64,000 bases of DNA from Aigarchaeota archaeon (GCA_025059745.1 JANXDH010000005.1:141150-205149), one strand, 5' to 3'; positions 18,169 through 27,231 are shown, counted from the stretch's first letter. Program-made: numbers and translations. The notes: generated by a model not told the origin, from the sequence alone.

Positions 18169-19044
18169 ATGATCCCGAAGAGTTTTGAGTACTTTGAGCC
18201 CAAGACGTTGAGTGAGGTCGTTGGGTTCTTAAAGAAGCACAAGGAGAACGCGAAGGTACTCGCAGGCGGTCACAGTCTAATCCCCATGATGAAACTGAGG
18301 TTGGCAGCACCTCAGTATATAATCAACCTTGAGCCCCTGAGGAAGTCTCTGAGCTACATCAAGGTCGGTGGCAAGTCCATCAGAATCGGTGCGCTGGTCA
18401 GACACGCCGAGATAGAGCACTCACAGATCCTGAAGCGAGAACTGCCTATACTTCCCGCTGCAGCGGAGTGGATAGGTGATATGCAGGTCAGGAACATGGG
18501 GACCATAGGAGGATCGGTAGCACACTCGGACCCCGCGAGCGACTGGCCCGTGGTTATGTTGAGTCTAAACGCCGTCTTCACTCTATACTCTGGAAAGAAA
18601 CGCAAGGTTCCAGCCTCAAAGTTCTTCATAGGCCCGTTCACGACGGCCATAAAACCATATGAGGTACTGACTGAGATCGAGATACCGAGGCTGCCTAAGA
18701 GACACGGTTGGTCGTGGAAGAAGTTTGAGAGGAAGGCAGGAGACTTCGCGACTGTGAACGTGGCCACCCTGATACTCCCCAAGGACGGTCACATAGGTAG
18801 CGCCTCCATAGCGGTGGGCTCAGTACACTATAGACCGTATCGGGTGACGGAGGGCGAGAGGTTACTCAAGGGTGCCAAGCCCGACTTAGAGCTGGTCGAG
18901 AGGGTGGCTGAGAGCGCGGCTTCGATGGCCGAACCTACATCGGATCTGAGGGGGTCCGCTGAGTATAAGAGGCACGTAACGAAGGTGTTCGTTAAGAGGT
19001 CCTTAATCGAGGCTATAGAGCGCGCTAACCTGAACTTGAGGTGA
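18169..19044 (+). CDS. coxM: molybdenum hydroxylase (CO dehydrogenase/xanthine dehydrogenase family) FAD-binding medium subunit
   Basis: 291 aa with FEYFEPKTLSEVVGFLKKH ... AKVLAGGHSLIPMMKLR and GSAEYKRH, typical of CoxM/CutM. Confidence 0.8.
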   Translation: MIPKSFEYFEPKTLSEVVGFLKKHKENAKVLAGGHSLIPMMKLRLAAPQYIINLEPLRKSLSYIKVGGKSIRIGALVRHAEIEHSQILKRELPILPAAAEWIGDMQVRNMGTIGGSVAHSDPASDWPVVMLSLNAVFTLYSGKKRKVPASKFFIGPFTTAIKPYEVLTEIEIPRLPKRHGWSWKKFERKAGDFATVNVATLILPKDGHIGSASIAVGSVHYRPYRVTEGERLLKGAKPDLELVERVAESAASMAEPTSDLRGSAEYKRHVTKVFVKRSLIEAIERANLNLR

Positions 19045-19604
19045 CCCGGATGGCCAGGCGTAAGTCGGTCAGAAAGACTAAGGCCGGTTCGAACGCGTTG
19101 AACGAGATACCTATAACCGTGAGGGTGAACGGGGTAGAGTACAAGAACACGGTCCAACCGAGGCTTTTACTGATACACTACCTGAGAGACGTATTGGGAC
19201 TCACCGGTTCTCACATAGGGTGCGACACATCGAACTGCGGCGCTTGCACAGTACTCATGAAGGATGTATGGGGCGGCGAGTGGAGAGCGGTCAAGTCGTG
19301 CACCTTCTACGCGTTCCAAGCGAACGGGAAGGAGATATTGACGATAGAGGGACTGGCTAGAGACGGCGAACTCCACCCCCTCCAGAAGGCCTTCTGGGAG
19401 CACCACGGGCTCCAGTGCGGTTACTGCACTCCGGGGATGATAATGGCCGCGCTCGGTCTCCTACTGATGAACCCGAATCCGACGGTAGAAGAGATCAGGA
19501 AGGGTATCTCGGGGAACCTCTGTAGATGCACCGGCTACATCAACATAATCAAGGCAATAGACGCCGCGGCCAAGGAGATGTCAGCTAAGGGCGTGAAGGT
19601 CTGA
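19041..19604 (+). CDS. coxS: molybdenum hydroxylase [2Fe-2S] small subunit
   Basis: Cys motifs GCDTSNCGACTV and CGYCTPGMIM, plus NLCRCTGY. The start is uncertain (GTG 19041 or ATG 19050), and the N-terminus has a basic extension. Confidence 0.85.
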   Translation: MTRMARRKSVRKTKAGSNALNEIPITVRVNGVEYKNTVQPRLLLIHYLRDVLGLTGSHIGCDTSNCGACTVLMKDVWGGEWRAVKSCTFYAFQANGKEILTIEGLARDGELHPLQKAFWEHHGLQCGYCTPGMIMAALGLLLMNPNPTVEEIRKGISGNLCRCTGYINIIKAIDAAAKEMSAKGVKV

Positions 19605-19616
19605 AGTCTTTGAATT

Positions 19617-20261
19617 ATGAGTTTTTATGCATCAGAAGCTCCGGACCTTTTTTTAAATTTCATAAAGTCGCGTAGGAGCTCAAAACTCCTATCCAAGAGA
19701 GATGTTGACCTCTCGGACATAAAGACCGCATTATCGACCGCCATCTCGGCTCCCAGCGCCCACAACTCACAGCCGTGGAGGTTCATCGTCATAACGGATC
19801 GATCGCTGATGGAGAGGTTGCTGGACGAGATGGCATTAGAGTGGCGGTCGGACCTGCAACGCGACGGGTACGACGAGACGAAGATCGATAAGATCGTTCT
19901 CTCATCGAGGGAGAGGACGTTGAGAGGATCGCTGTGGATAATCGTGTGTCTGACGATGGCAGAGATGGATAGGTATCCAGATGAGAAGCGCCAGAGAGCC
20001 GAGTACGTCATGGCAGTCCAATCGATAGGTTCAGTGATCCAGAACATTTTGCTGGCTCTCCACGCTCTCGGGTACGGTGCGTGTTGGAGGTGCGGCCCCC
20101 TCTTCGCCCAGGGGCCCGTGACGAGGGTACTCAAGATACCCGAAGACGTAGAGCCGCAAGGACTCATAGAGGTTGGAGGAGTCGGGGGGATCAGGGCCAT
20201 GCGGAGAAAGGATCTGTCCGAGGTCTGCTACCTGAACGCTTGGGGATCCAAACTATGCTGA
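19617..20261 (+). CDS. nitroreductase-fold protein resembling the C-terminal domain of FbiB (F420 biosynthesis)
   Basis: 214 aa with RRSSKLL, APSAHNSQPWRF, W-x2-DL-x2-DG, YPDEKRQRAEYVM, QNILLALHALGYGACW and EPQGLIEVGG. The stop overlaps the cofD start by 7 nt. Confidence 0.65.
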   Translation: MSFYASEAPDLFLNFIKSRRSSKLLSKRDVDLSDIKTALSTAISAPSAHNSQPWRFIVITDRSLMERLLDEMALEWRSDLQRDGYDETKIDKIVLSSRERTLRGSLWIIVCLTMAEMDRYPDEKRQRAEYVMAVQSIGSVIQNILLALHALGYGACWRCGPLFAQGPVTRVLKIPEDVEPQGLIEVGGVGGIRAMRRKDLSEVCYLNAWGSKLC

Positions 20262-21187
20262 CGGCTTTGGCCGGTGGTGTGGGAGCTGCAAAACTCCTCT
20301 ATGGAATCTCGGAGGTCACGCGAGAGGAGGTGCGCATTATAGTGAACACGGCCGATGACGACGTCATATACGGCCTCTACATCTCCCCAGACATCGATAC
20401 CGTAATTTACACCCTATCTGGCATGGCAGATAACGAGAAAGGATGGGGAATAAGTAACGACACCTTCTCTTGCCTGTCGTTGCTCTCGCGCCTCGGTATG
20501 CAGACGTGGTTCAAGATAGGCGACAGGGACTTCGCGATGCACATCTTCAGGACCTTTAAGATGCGTTACGAGAACGTCCCCCTCTCACGCGTTACCTCAA
20601 TGGTCGCTGAACGGTTAGGTGTAAGGCAAGTAATAATTCCCATGTCCGATCAACAGGTCAGGACTGTCATAGATACCGGGACCGAGCTACTCCCATTTCA
20701 GAGGTACTTCGTCGAGAGGGGCGCGAGTACAGAGATCAAGGGTGTGATCTATACCGGCATAGAGGCCGCTGAGCCCGCACCGGGGGTCTTAGAGTCCATA
20801 ATTGAGGCGAGGACCGTCTTGATACCTCCTAGCAACCCTGTTGTGAGCATAGGACCTATCATAGCAGTGAAGGGTATCAGGGAGGCTTTGAGGTCGACCG
20901 ATGCGTCGGTCGTAGCCGTCAGTCCTATAGTCGGGGGGAGGGCTCTGAAGGGTCCTGCGGACAAAATGTTGCGCGCGCTCAACTTGGACGTCTCCCCCGT
21001 AGGCGTCGCATCCCTGTACCGTGACTTTCTGGACGTTATGATCATCGACGACGTAGATGCCTCGAGGAAACGCGAGATCGAGGAGATGGGCATCAGGTGC
21101 TATGTGACTGATACGGTCATGAATGATCTTGAAGACAGGAAGAGGCTCGCCCGATTCGTCCTCTCGATCATCGAAGATAGAGGCTGA
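20255..21187 (+). CDS. cofD: 2-phospho-L-lactate (or EPPG) transferase CofD
   Basis: Start moved to the internal ATG (MLTALAGGVGAAKLL) with IVNTADDDVIYGLYISPDIDTVIYTLSG and GWGISNDTF. The 58 aa upstream in the track ORF are Arg-rich and overlap the previous gene. Confidence 0.8.
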   Translation: MLTALAGGVGAAKLLYGISEVTREEVRIIVNTADDDVIYGLYISPDIDTVIYTLSGMADNEKGWGISNDTFSCLSLLSRLGMQTWFKIGDRDFAMHIFRTFKMRYENVPLSRVTSMVAERLGVRQVIIPMSDQQVRTVIDTGTELLPFQRYFVERGASTEIKGVIYTGIEAAEPAPGVLESIIEARTVLIPPSNPVVSIGPIIAVKGIREALRSTDASVVAVSPIVGGRALKGPADKMLRALNLDVSPVGVASLYRDFLDVMIIDDVDASRKREIEEMGIRCYVTDTVMNDLEDRKRLARFVLSIIEDRG

Positions 21188-21192
21188 ACCAC

Positions 21193-22281
21193 CTATAAGA
21201 TCCTTGAGAGGAGCTCCCTAGCGTGTCTCGAGTCTATTACCAGGTTATCACACACCTTACCCCTCCTCAGGTACAGGTGCGTGTCGTTGTCCCACGTGAA
21301 ACCGACCCCACCGTGCAACTGTATCGCCTCAAGGGCGACATGTGTGACCACCTCGCCCGCTAATGCTTTTGAGACTAGGCAACGGAGTTTGCTGTTACTG
21401 TTGTAGAGAACGGTCGCGCGTAGCTCCTCGATCCTCACCAAGAGGTCCGAACACCTGTGCTTGATCGCTTGATATGACGCGACCTTTTTTCCGAACGTCT
21501 CTCTGACCATCAGGTGCTCTACGGTCATCTCCAAGAGCCTCTCGGCGCATCCTAAAGCCTCGGCCGCCAAGAGGATAGACGAATGAGCAACGTCTTCAAG
21601 AATTTGGTCTGATTTAACGTAGTAGCGGGCTATCTCATCGGTCTTCACGTCTAATTCACCGCGTACCATCTGGCAGGTACTCGTCAGATCAATGAACTGG
21701 ACGGGCGTTGCAAATCTCCTTATTGAGGAACTTTCTATCAGAAACAACCTAGTCACGCCGTCATCCAAGACAGGTAGGAGAACGAGATCAGAGACGTCTA
21801 GGTCTAGAACGAGGCCGTTAACACTCACCTTTCCATCAGCTGGTGAGAGAGACGCTTGGGGACTCCCTTTGTCGACGAGTTGAAGCCTATTGTTGAGTAG
21901 CGGTGTAACCACCTTGACGCCTAGCTCCTCGATGAGCTCTACCCTCTTGAGTGGCTCTCTAATTGATTTACTCAGCAGGTAACTCGAGATGAGATGTAAC
22001 GTCAGTAACCCGAGTGGCACCAGGTGGCGCCCAGATAACTGGGACAGACATGCGGCCACGACCATTTTAGAACCATCGTTACCCTCCTCATCCATTAGGA
22101 AGAGCGACGTGAGACCAGTGTTCACGAGTTCAGCCTTGAGTGCACTGACAGCGCTCCTGTTACTGTCGGCCACCACCCTCATCTGCGTACGCCCATAGCT
22201 CCTCCCCAATAGCGACTCGAAGGTCCTGACGGAGAGCGTATCCTCCTCGTTTAGTTCCGGTTCTATAACGCGAAATCTCAT
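21193..22281 (-). CDS. acyl-CoA dehydrogenase-like protein, degenerate (possible non-FAD beta-type subunit)
   Basis: Start set at MRFRVIEPE. The C-terminal ACAD helix bundle is present (AIQLHGGVGFTWDNDTHLYLRRGK), but I see no EPxAGSD-type motif. Confidence 0.6.
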   Translation of the reverse strand: MRFRVIEPELNEEDTLSVRTFESLLGRSYGRTQMRVVADSNRSAVSALKAELVNTGLTSLFLMDEEGNDGSKMVVAACLSQLSGRHLVPLGLLTLHLISSYLLSKSIREPLKRVELIEELGVKVVTPLLNNRLQLVDKGSPQASLSPADGKVSVNGLVLDLDVSDLVLLPVLDDGVTRLFLIESSSIRRFATPVQFIDLTSTCQMVRGELDVKTDEIARYYVKSDQILEDVAHSSILLAAEALGCAERLLEMTVEHLMVRETFGKKVASYQAIKHRCSDLLVRIEELRATVLYNSNSKLRCLVSKALAGEVVTHVALEAIQLHGGVGFTWDNDTHLYLRRGKVCDNLVIDSRHARELLSRIL

Positions 22282-22286
22282 AGACC

Positions 22287-23456
22287 TCACCTGGGCATCT
22301 CTAAGATGCGCTCCGATATTATGTTCCTCAACACCTCCGACGTGCCGCCGGCGATAGCCCTCCCCCTTGACCAGAGCATCCCTCTGAACCAACTGATATC
22401 ACAGCCGTCCGCGTCCGAGGTCGCACCGCCTCCAAGGTACTCGTTGATAGTCAGGTAAGTCCTCTGAATTGCGTTGGTAGCTGAGAGCTTCATGATCGTC
22501 GTCTCGGGGCCGACCTCACCTCTCTGCGCCAGATTCATCATCGACTCGAGGAGGGCCTTCGACTTCTCTAAATCAATCAGGAGGTCAACGGCCCGCGCCT
22601 TCCAGTAAGTTTTATCGCTCTCCCCCACTTCCTCGATCATTCCCCTAAACCTGTTAAAGGCTGCGGAGGCCTTTGCCAGCATCTCCATACACATGAGCAG
22701 CCTCTCATGGTTCAGGGTCATCATAGCGATGTTCCATCCTTGGTTGAGCTCACCTATGACGTTCTCGAGTGGGACCCTGACCTCGCTCAGGAAGATCTGG
22801 TTGAACTCCGTCTCTCCGGTGATCTGCTTTATCGGGGAGACCCTCACGCCCTCGCTTTTCATCGGGAGAATGACGCACGTAATGGATCTATGTCTATCCT
22901 CAACCTTCCCCGTCCTACAGAGCAGGAGGCAGTAGTCCGCGATGTGCGCGAGGCTGCTCCACACCTTTTGACCGCTTATGATCAGCGAATCCCCTTTGAT
23001 CTCGCCCCTGCAGGCCAAGACAGCCAGATCTGACCCTGCACTCGGTTCGGAGAACCCCTGGCACCATATCTCGTCAGCTCTCAGAATCGGGGGCACGTAG
23101 CGCTCTCTCTGAGCATCGGTCCCGTGGGACAATAATATTGGTAAAGCAGTGACCAGACCGATCCTATTCAAAACTGGCGCGGCTGACCTCTTTGCTAATT
23201 CCTCGTGGATCACAAACTCGAGTAGCCTGCTCCCCCCCTTCCCCCCGTACCTCTCAGGAACGCCGTACCCGAGCCACCCCTCCTCGTATAGCCTCCTCTG
23301 CCAAGCGCGCATCTGGGGTATGATGTCGTCGTATATCCGTCGGTGAATTGACTCTATGGTCCTCGGCCACCAATCGGGCGAGTTGCGTTCTAACCACTCA
23401 GAGAACCTCCTCCTAAAGGCCTCTAAATCGTCCTTGGTCACAACACCCTCTCGCAT
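22287..23456 (-). CDS. acyl-CoA dehydrogenase
   Basis: 389 aa with GFSEPSAGSDLA, ISGQKVWSSLAHIADY and C-terminal AIAGGTSEVLRNIISERIL. Confidence 0.8.
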   Translation of the reverse strand: MREGVVTKDDLEAFRRRFSEWLERNSPDWWPRTIESIHRRIYDDIIPQMRAWQRRLYEEGWLGYGVPERYGGKGGSRLLEFVIHEELAKRSAAPVLNRIGLVTALPILLSHGTDAQRERYVPPILRADEIWCQGFSEPSAGSDLAVLACRGEIKGDSLIISGQKVWSSLAHIADYCLLLCRTGKVEDRHRSITCVILPMKSEGVRVSPIKQITGETEFNQIFLSEVRVPLENVIGELNQGWNIAMMTLNHERLLMCMEMLAKASAAFNRFRGMIEEVGESDKTYWKARAVDLLIDLEKSKALLESMMNLAQRGEVGPETTIMKLSATNAIQRTYLTINEYLGGGATSDADGCDISWFRGMLWSRGRAIAGGTSEVLRNIISERILEMPR

Positions 23457-23499
23457 TCATAAACTATAAACCCCGGAGGCATTTATAGGTTGAATCGGG

Positions 23500-24867
23500 T
23501 TGTTGGCAAAGAGGATAGCTCAGTTCGTCGAGTCAGTAGAGTACTCAGACCTTAAACAGTCCGTGGTTAGCGAGGTTAAGCGGAGAATCTTGGACTCAAT
23601 AGGCGTCATGGCCGGCGCCTACCGTGACGTCACCCCGAGGATCGTCATGAGGGAGGCTATGAGGTTTCCAACCGAAGGGGGTTCGAGATTGTTCGGTAGC
23701 GGTGTGAGGGTCGCCCCTGACTGGGCATCGTTCGCTAACGGTGTGCTCGTCAGGTACTTGGACTTCAACGATACCTACCTATCAAGAGAGGCGTTGCACC
23801 CTAGCGATACGATCCCGGCGCTGATCGCCGTGGCGGATGATCTAGGCTCGTCCGGAAAAGAGTTGATGACATCGATAGTCGTAGCGTACGAGGTTACCTG
23901 TTGGCTAGCCGACTCTCTCAGCCTACGCGACAACGGATACGATCACGTCGCTTGCATCGCCTTCGGTACCGCGGCTGGTGCGAGTAAGCTTATGGGTCTG
24001 GAGACCAATGAGATAGTAAACGCGATAAACCTGACTGGCGTCGCTGCTGCTGCCCTAAGACAGACTAGGGCTGGTGAGTTGAGCATGTGGAAGGGGTGTG
24101 CCGCTGCCAACGCAGCTAGACACGGTGTCTTCGCGACGCTTCTTGCGCGGGGCGGGGTGACTGGGCCATCTCCAATCTTTGAGGGAGAGATGGGTTTCAT
24201 AAGAGTCATCTCGAGAGACTTCCGCGAGGTACCCTTACCGCTGAACGATCGAGGCGACTTCAGGTTGCTCAAGACCCACATAAAGCGCTGGCCCGTCGAG
24301 TACCACTCCATGTCCGCGGTGGAGGCCGCGATCGACCTCGTGAGGAGCGAGGGCATCAACGCCTCAGAAGTCTCTCAAATTAAGGTCAATACTTTCTCGG
24401 TATCTTACAGGATCATAGTGAAGGACCCCGAGAAGTGGAACCCTAAGACTAGGGAGACGGCCGATCACAGCCTCCCCTATATTGTTGCCCGCACCCTGGT
24501 GGACGGTGATATATGGCTGGAGAGCTTCGATGAGGAGCGATTGAGGGAGGAACGTGTTAGAGAGCTGATGAGGTTGATGAAGGTAGACGTCTATCCGCGA
24601 TACGACGAACTTTACCCTGAAGCCATTCCGAACTCCATCGAAGTCGTAGATAGACGTGGGAGGACTTTATCACGCGAAGTGCTCTATCCCAAGGGTCACT
24701 GCAGTAATCCTCTCAGCAGGGACGAGCTAACGGAGAAGTTCAAGAAGCTCTCGATAGGGGTCTTTGGTGAGGAGCTGGCTGAGGAGGTCGTCAAGAGCGT
24801 TGAAGGCCTCGAGAACTCACCAGACGTCTCTGAGCTTGTCGATTGTTTATCCTTTGATAGACGATAG
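23500..24867 (+). CDS. prpD: MmgE/PrpD-family dehydratase (2-methylcitrate dehydratase-like)
   Basis: 455 aa with the N-terminal pattern IAQFVESVEYSDL..V....KRRILDSIGV, plus HPSDTIPALIAVAD and DHSLPYIVA. Confidence 0.75.
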   Translation: MLAKRIAQFVESVEYSDLKQSVVSEVKRRILDSIGVMAGAYRDVTPRIVMREAMRFPTEGGSRLFGSGVRVAPDWASFANGVLVRYLDFNDTYLSREALHPSDTIPALIAVADDLGSSGKELMTSIVVAYEVTCWLADSLSLRDNGYDHVACIAFGTAAGASKLMGLETNEIVNAINLTGVAAAALRQTRAGELSMWKGCAAANAARHGVFATLLARGGVTGPSPIFEGEMGFIRVISRDFREVPLPLNDRGDFRLLKTHIKRWPVEYHSMSAVEAAIDLVRSEGINASEVSQIKVNTFSVSYRIIVKDPEKWNPKTRETADHSLPYIVARTLVDGDIWLESFDEERLREERVRELMRLMKVDVYPRYDELYPEAIPNSIEVVDRRGRTLSREVLYPKGHCSNPLSRDELTEKFKKLSIGVFGEELAEEVVKSVEGLENSPDVSELVDCLSFDRR

Positions 24868-24887
24868 TTAAACGGCATTTAGTGACT

Positions 24888-24898
24888 AATTTATATAT
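24888..24898 (+). promoter_or_regulatory. TATA-box candidate for citrate synthase gene
   Basis: aatttatatat is centred 26 nt upstream of the GTG start at 24920. Confidence 0.45.
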
Positions 24899-24919
24899 CA
24901 ATCGTTGCAATAAAAATAT

Positions 24920-26065
24920 GTGAAGTCCTCGGAGGTCAAAAAGGGACTCGAGGGCGTTTACGTAACCGAGAGCGCGCTATCGTACATAGACGTGGAGAAC
25001 AGCAAGCTCTACTACGTCGGTTACGATATAGAGGACTTGGTAAAGTACAGCAGCTACGAGGAGGTCTGCTACCTCCTCCTGCATCAGAGGTTGCCTCGAA
25101 GGGGCGAACTGGACGAGTTCGTGAGTAAGTTCGCAGATAACAGGGTCCTAGACGACAAGGTTTTGGAGACTCTGAAGTTCGTAGCAAGGGGCAAGGACGT
25201 GATCAACACCCTCGCCTCACACATCCTGCTCTCATATCAGGGTGAGACCGGTGAGGCCGCGATCGATCCTGTAAGGGCTAGGGCTCACGGGATCAGAATA
25301 ATATCGCAGATGGCTATTTTGGTGGCTAATATCTCCAGAATTCGAAGAGGTCTAGATCCCATAATCCCTGATCGTTCAATGTCACACGCAGCCTCCTTCC
25401 TCTACATCATGCGAGGCGAGATGCCAGATGCGGTTGAGTCGTCGATAATAGACGATATATTGATCATGCACGCGGAACACGGTATACCCGCGAGCACCTT
25501 TGGGGCCCTCGTGACCGCCTCAACTCTGAGCGACCTCTACTCCGCGATCGTATCTGGACTCCTGACTCTGAAAGGACCTCTCCACGGAGGTGCTGCAGAG
25601 GCCACTTACCGTCAACTTCTAGAGATAGGGACTCCGGAGAACGTGGATAAGTGGTTGACGAAGGCCCTCGAGTCCAAGCGGAAGATCATGGGCTTCGGGC
25701 ACCGGGTATATAGGAACTACGACCCGCGGGCTGTGATAGTGAAGGAGATAGCGATAGAGGTCGCGAAGAGGAAGGGCGGGAGGGTGAAGGAACTACTAGA
25801 TATATCGTTGCTCTTGGAAAAGGAAGGCGTGAGGAGACTCGGTGAGAGGGGAATATACCCGAACGTTGACTTCTGGACACCGGTAGTCTATGCGGCACTA
25901 GACGTTCCAGTTGACGTCCTGACGGCCTTCTTCGCAAGCTCTAGGGTAGTCGGTTGGGTCGCTCACATATTAGACTATTGGAGGGACAATAGGCTGATTC
26001 GGCCCCTACATAAGTATGTGGGGGAGCTCGGGAGGCCTTACATACCTCTCGAGGGCAGGTATTAG
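24920..26065 (+). CDS. citrate / 2-methylcitrate synthase
   Basis: 381 aa with LILMAEHGIPASTF-type segment (ILIMHAEHGIPASTF), GPLHGGA and GFGHRVYRNYDPRA, the citrate synthase signatures. Confidence 0.85.
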   Translation: MKSSEVKKGLEGVYVTESALSYIDVENSKLYYVGYDIEDLVKYSSYEEVCYLLLHQRLPRRGELDEFVSKFADNRVLDDKVLETLKFVARGKDVINTLASHILLSYQGETGEAAIDPVRARAHGIRIISQMAILVANISRIRRGLDPIIPDRSMSHAASFLYIMRGEMPDAVESSIIDDILIMHAEHGIPASTFGALVTASTLSDLYSAIVSGLLTLKGPLHGGAAEATYRQLLEIGTPENVDKWLTKALESKRKIMGFGHRVYRNYDPRAVIVKEIAIEVAKRKGGRVKELLDISLLLEKEGVRRLGERGIYPNVDFWTPVVYAALDVPVDVLTAFFASSRVVGWVAHILDYWRDNRLIRPLHKYVGELGRPYIPLEGRY

Positions 26066-27231
26066 TCTGTGACCGACTTCCCGAGGAGGTAGAGGGCGAA
26101 CTTGAGGGTTGAAGGAGAGAGAGATGACCTTAGTAGAGCCAGGGACTGAAAGTCCATCTCCCCCGATCTCGACAACTCCTCAGTGAAACCCGATGACTCG
26201 GCACTCCAGATCAACGAGTCCAATTGCTTCGCGTTCAGAGAATATAGCAGCCTGCTTATCGAAGCCATTCGGTTAAGCTCACGATATATATGTCTGACGG
26301 CTCTCTCGTAGTAACTATGGTCGCCGTGGTTGAGGAGCCTGTATGCGTGTTCCACAGCCTTCATAGCGCAGATACCTCCAATAATGACGCCGCCACCGGT
26401 GGTAGGCTTAACTTGACCGGCAACGTCACCCACTAGAAGAGCGTTGCCTCTCAATCCTATCTTGATGGGAGACCCCGTGTAAACGCAGGAGGAGGTGTAC
26501 CCTATGACCTTAGATCTTGGAGCTACCTCCTCAAGGAACTTGAGCGCCCTCCTCATAGTCTCTCTCCTCGAAGCGACACCGACCCTTGCAACTTCCTCGT
26601 TGAGCGGAATGACGTAACCGAAGAACCCTCTGAGGTACTGTCTCAGCCATACGTAGACCCTGTCCTCGGGAAAGGAGTGGCCCCTGATCAGGAACTGGAC
26701 TATTGGCAACCAACCATCCGCTCTGTAATCTGAGAATAGCTGTCGAGCGATGAACGCAGTATGCCCCTCAGCGTCTATCACCACCCTACTCTTGGTCACT
26801 CGACCGTCCTGTGTCCTCAGTAGGAGAGACGTCCCACTCCTCTCCACACGTATCACGCGCCTCCCGATCCTTAACTGAGCCCCGGCCCTCAGCGCCTGTC
26901 TCGCGAGCTCTCTGTCGAGCTCCTCCCTAGAGGCTACTACGGCGACTGGTCTCTTAGTCCTCACAGCGGCCCTCATGTTACCCGGCGAGTAGATCTCCGC
27001 ACCGTAGACTTCGTTGATGACGTGACGACCCGTCAAGGAGATCCCTATATTCCGGAGACCGCGGACGCTGTACAGTCCCGCGCACCTCTCCGGCCTGCCT
27101 ATCACGTCGTTCTCCTCGAACACCACGACGTCAAAACCTAGTTTAGCAGAGTCCCTCGCGGCGATCAGACCTGCGGGCCCTCCACCTATCACCGCCACAT
27201 CGAACTCATCCAAAGCTACCGTCCATTCCAT
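26062..27231 (-). CDS. geranylgeranyl reductase family FAD-dependent oxidoreductase
   Basis: 389 aa with the dinucleotide fold DVAVIGGGPAGLIAA, plus RCAGL and LLVGDVAGQVKPTTGGGV. Confidence 0.75.
   Translation of the reverse strand: MEWTVALDEFDVAVIGGGPAGLIAARDSAKLGFDVVVFEENDVIGRPERCAGLYSVRGLRNIGISLTGRHVINEVYGAEIYSPGNMRAAVRTKRPVAVVASREELDRELARQALRAGAQLRIGRRVIRVERSGTSLLLRTQDGRVTKSRVVIDAEGHTAFIARQLFSDYRADGWLPIVQFLIRGHSFPEDRVYVWLRQYLRGFFGYVIPLNEEVARVGVASRRETMRRALKFLEEVAPRSKVIGYTSSCVYTGSPIKIGLRGNALLVGDVAGQVKPTTGGGVIIGGICAMKAVEHAYRLLNHGDHSYYERAVRHIYRELNRMASISRLLYSLNAKQLDSLIWSAESSGFTEELSRSGEMDFQSLALLRSSLSPSTLKFALYLLGKSVTD

Noticed and set aside
20081-20254. N-terminal extensions given by the ORF track for cofD (20081), for the second ACAD (up to 22392), and for the ROK kinase (32036, which overlaps tRNA-Arg)
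   Set aside because: The extensions are Arg/Gly-rich and overlap the preceding gene or a tRNA. They precede internal Met codons where the conserved family N-termini begin (MLTALAGGVG, MRFRVIEPE, MILAADIGGSK).
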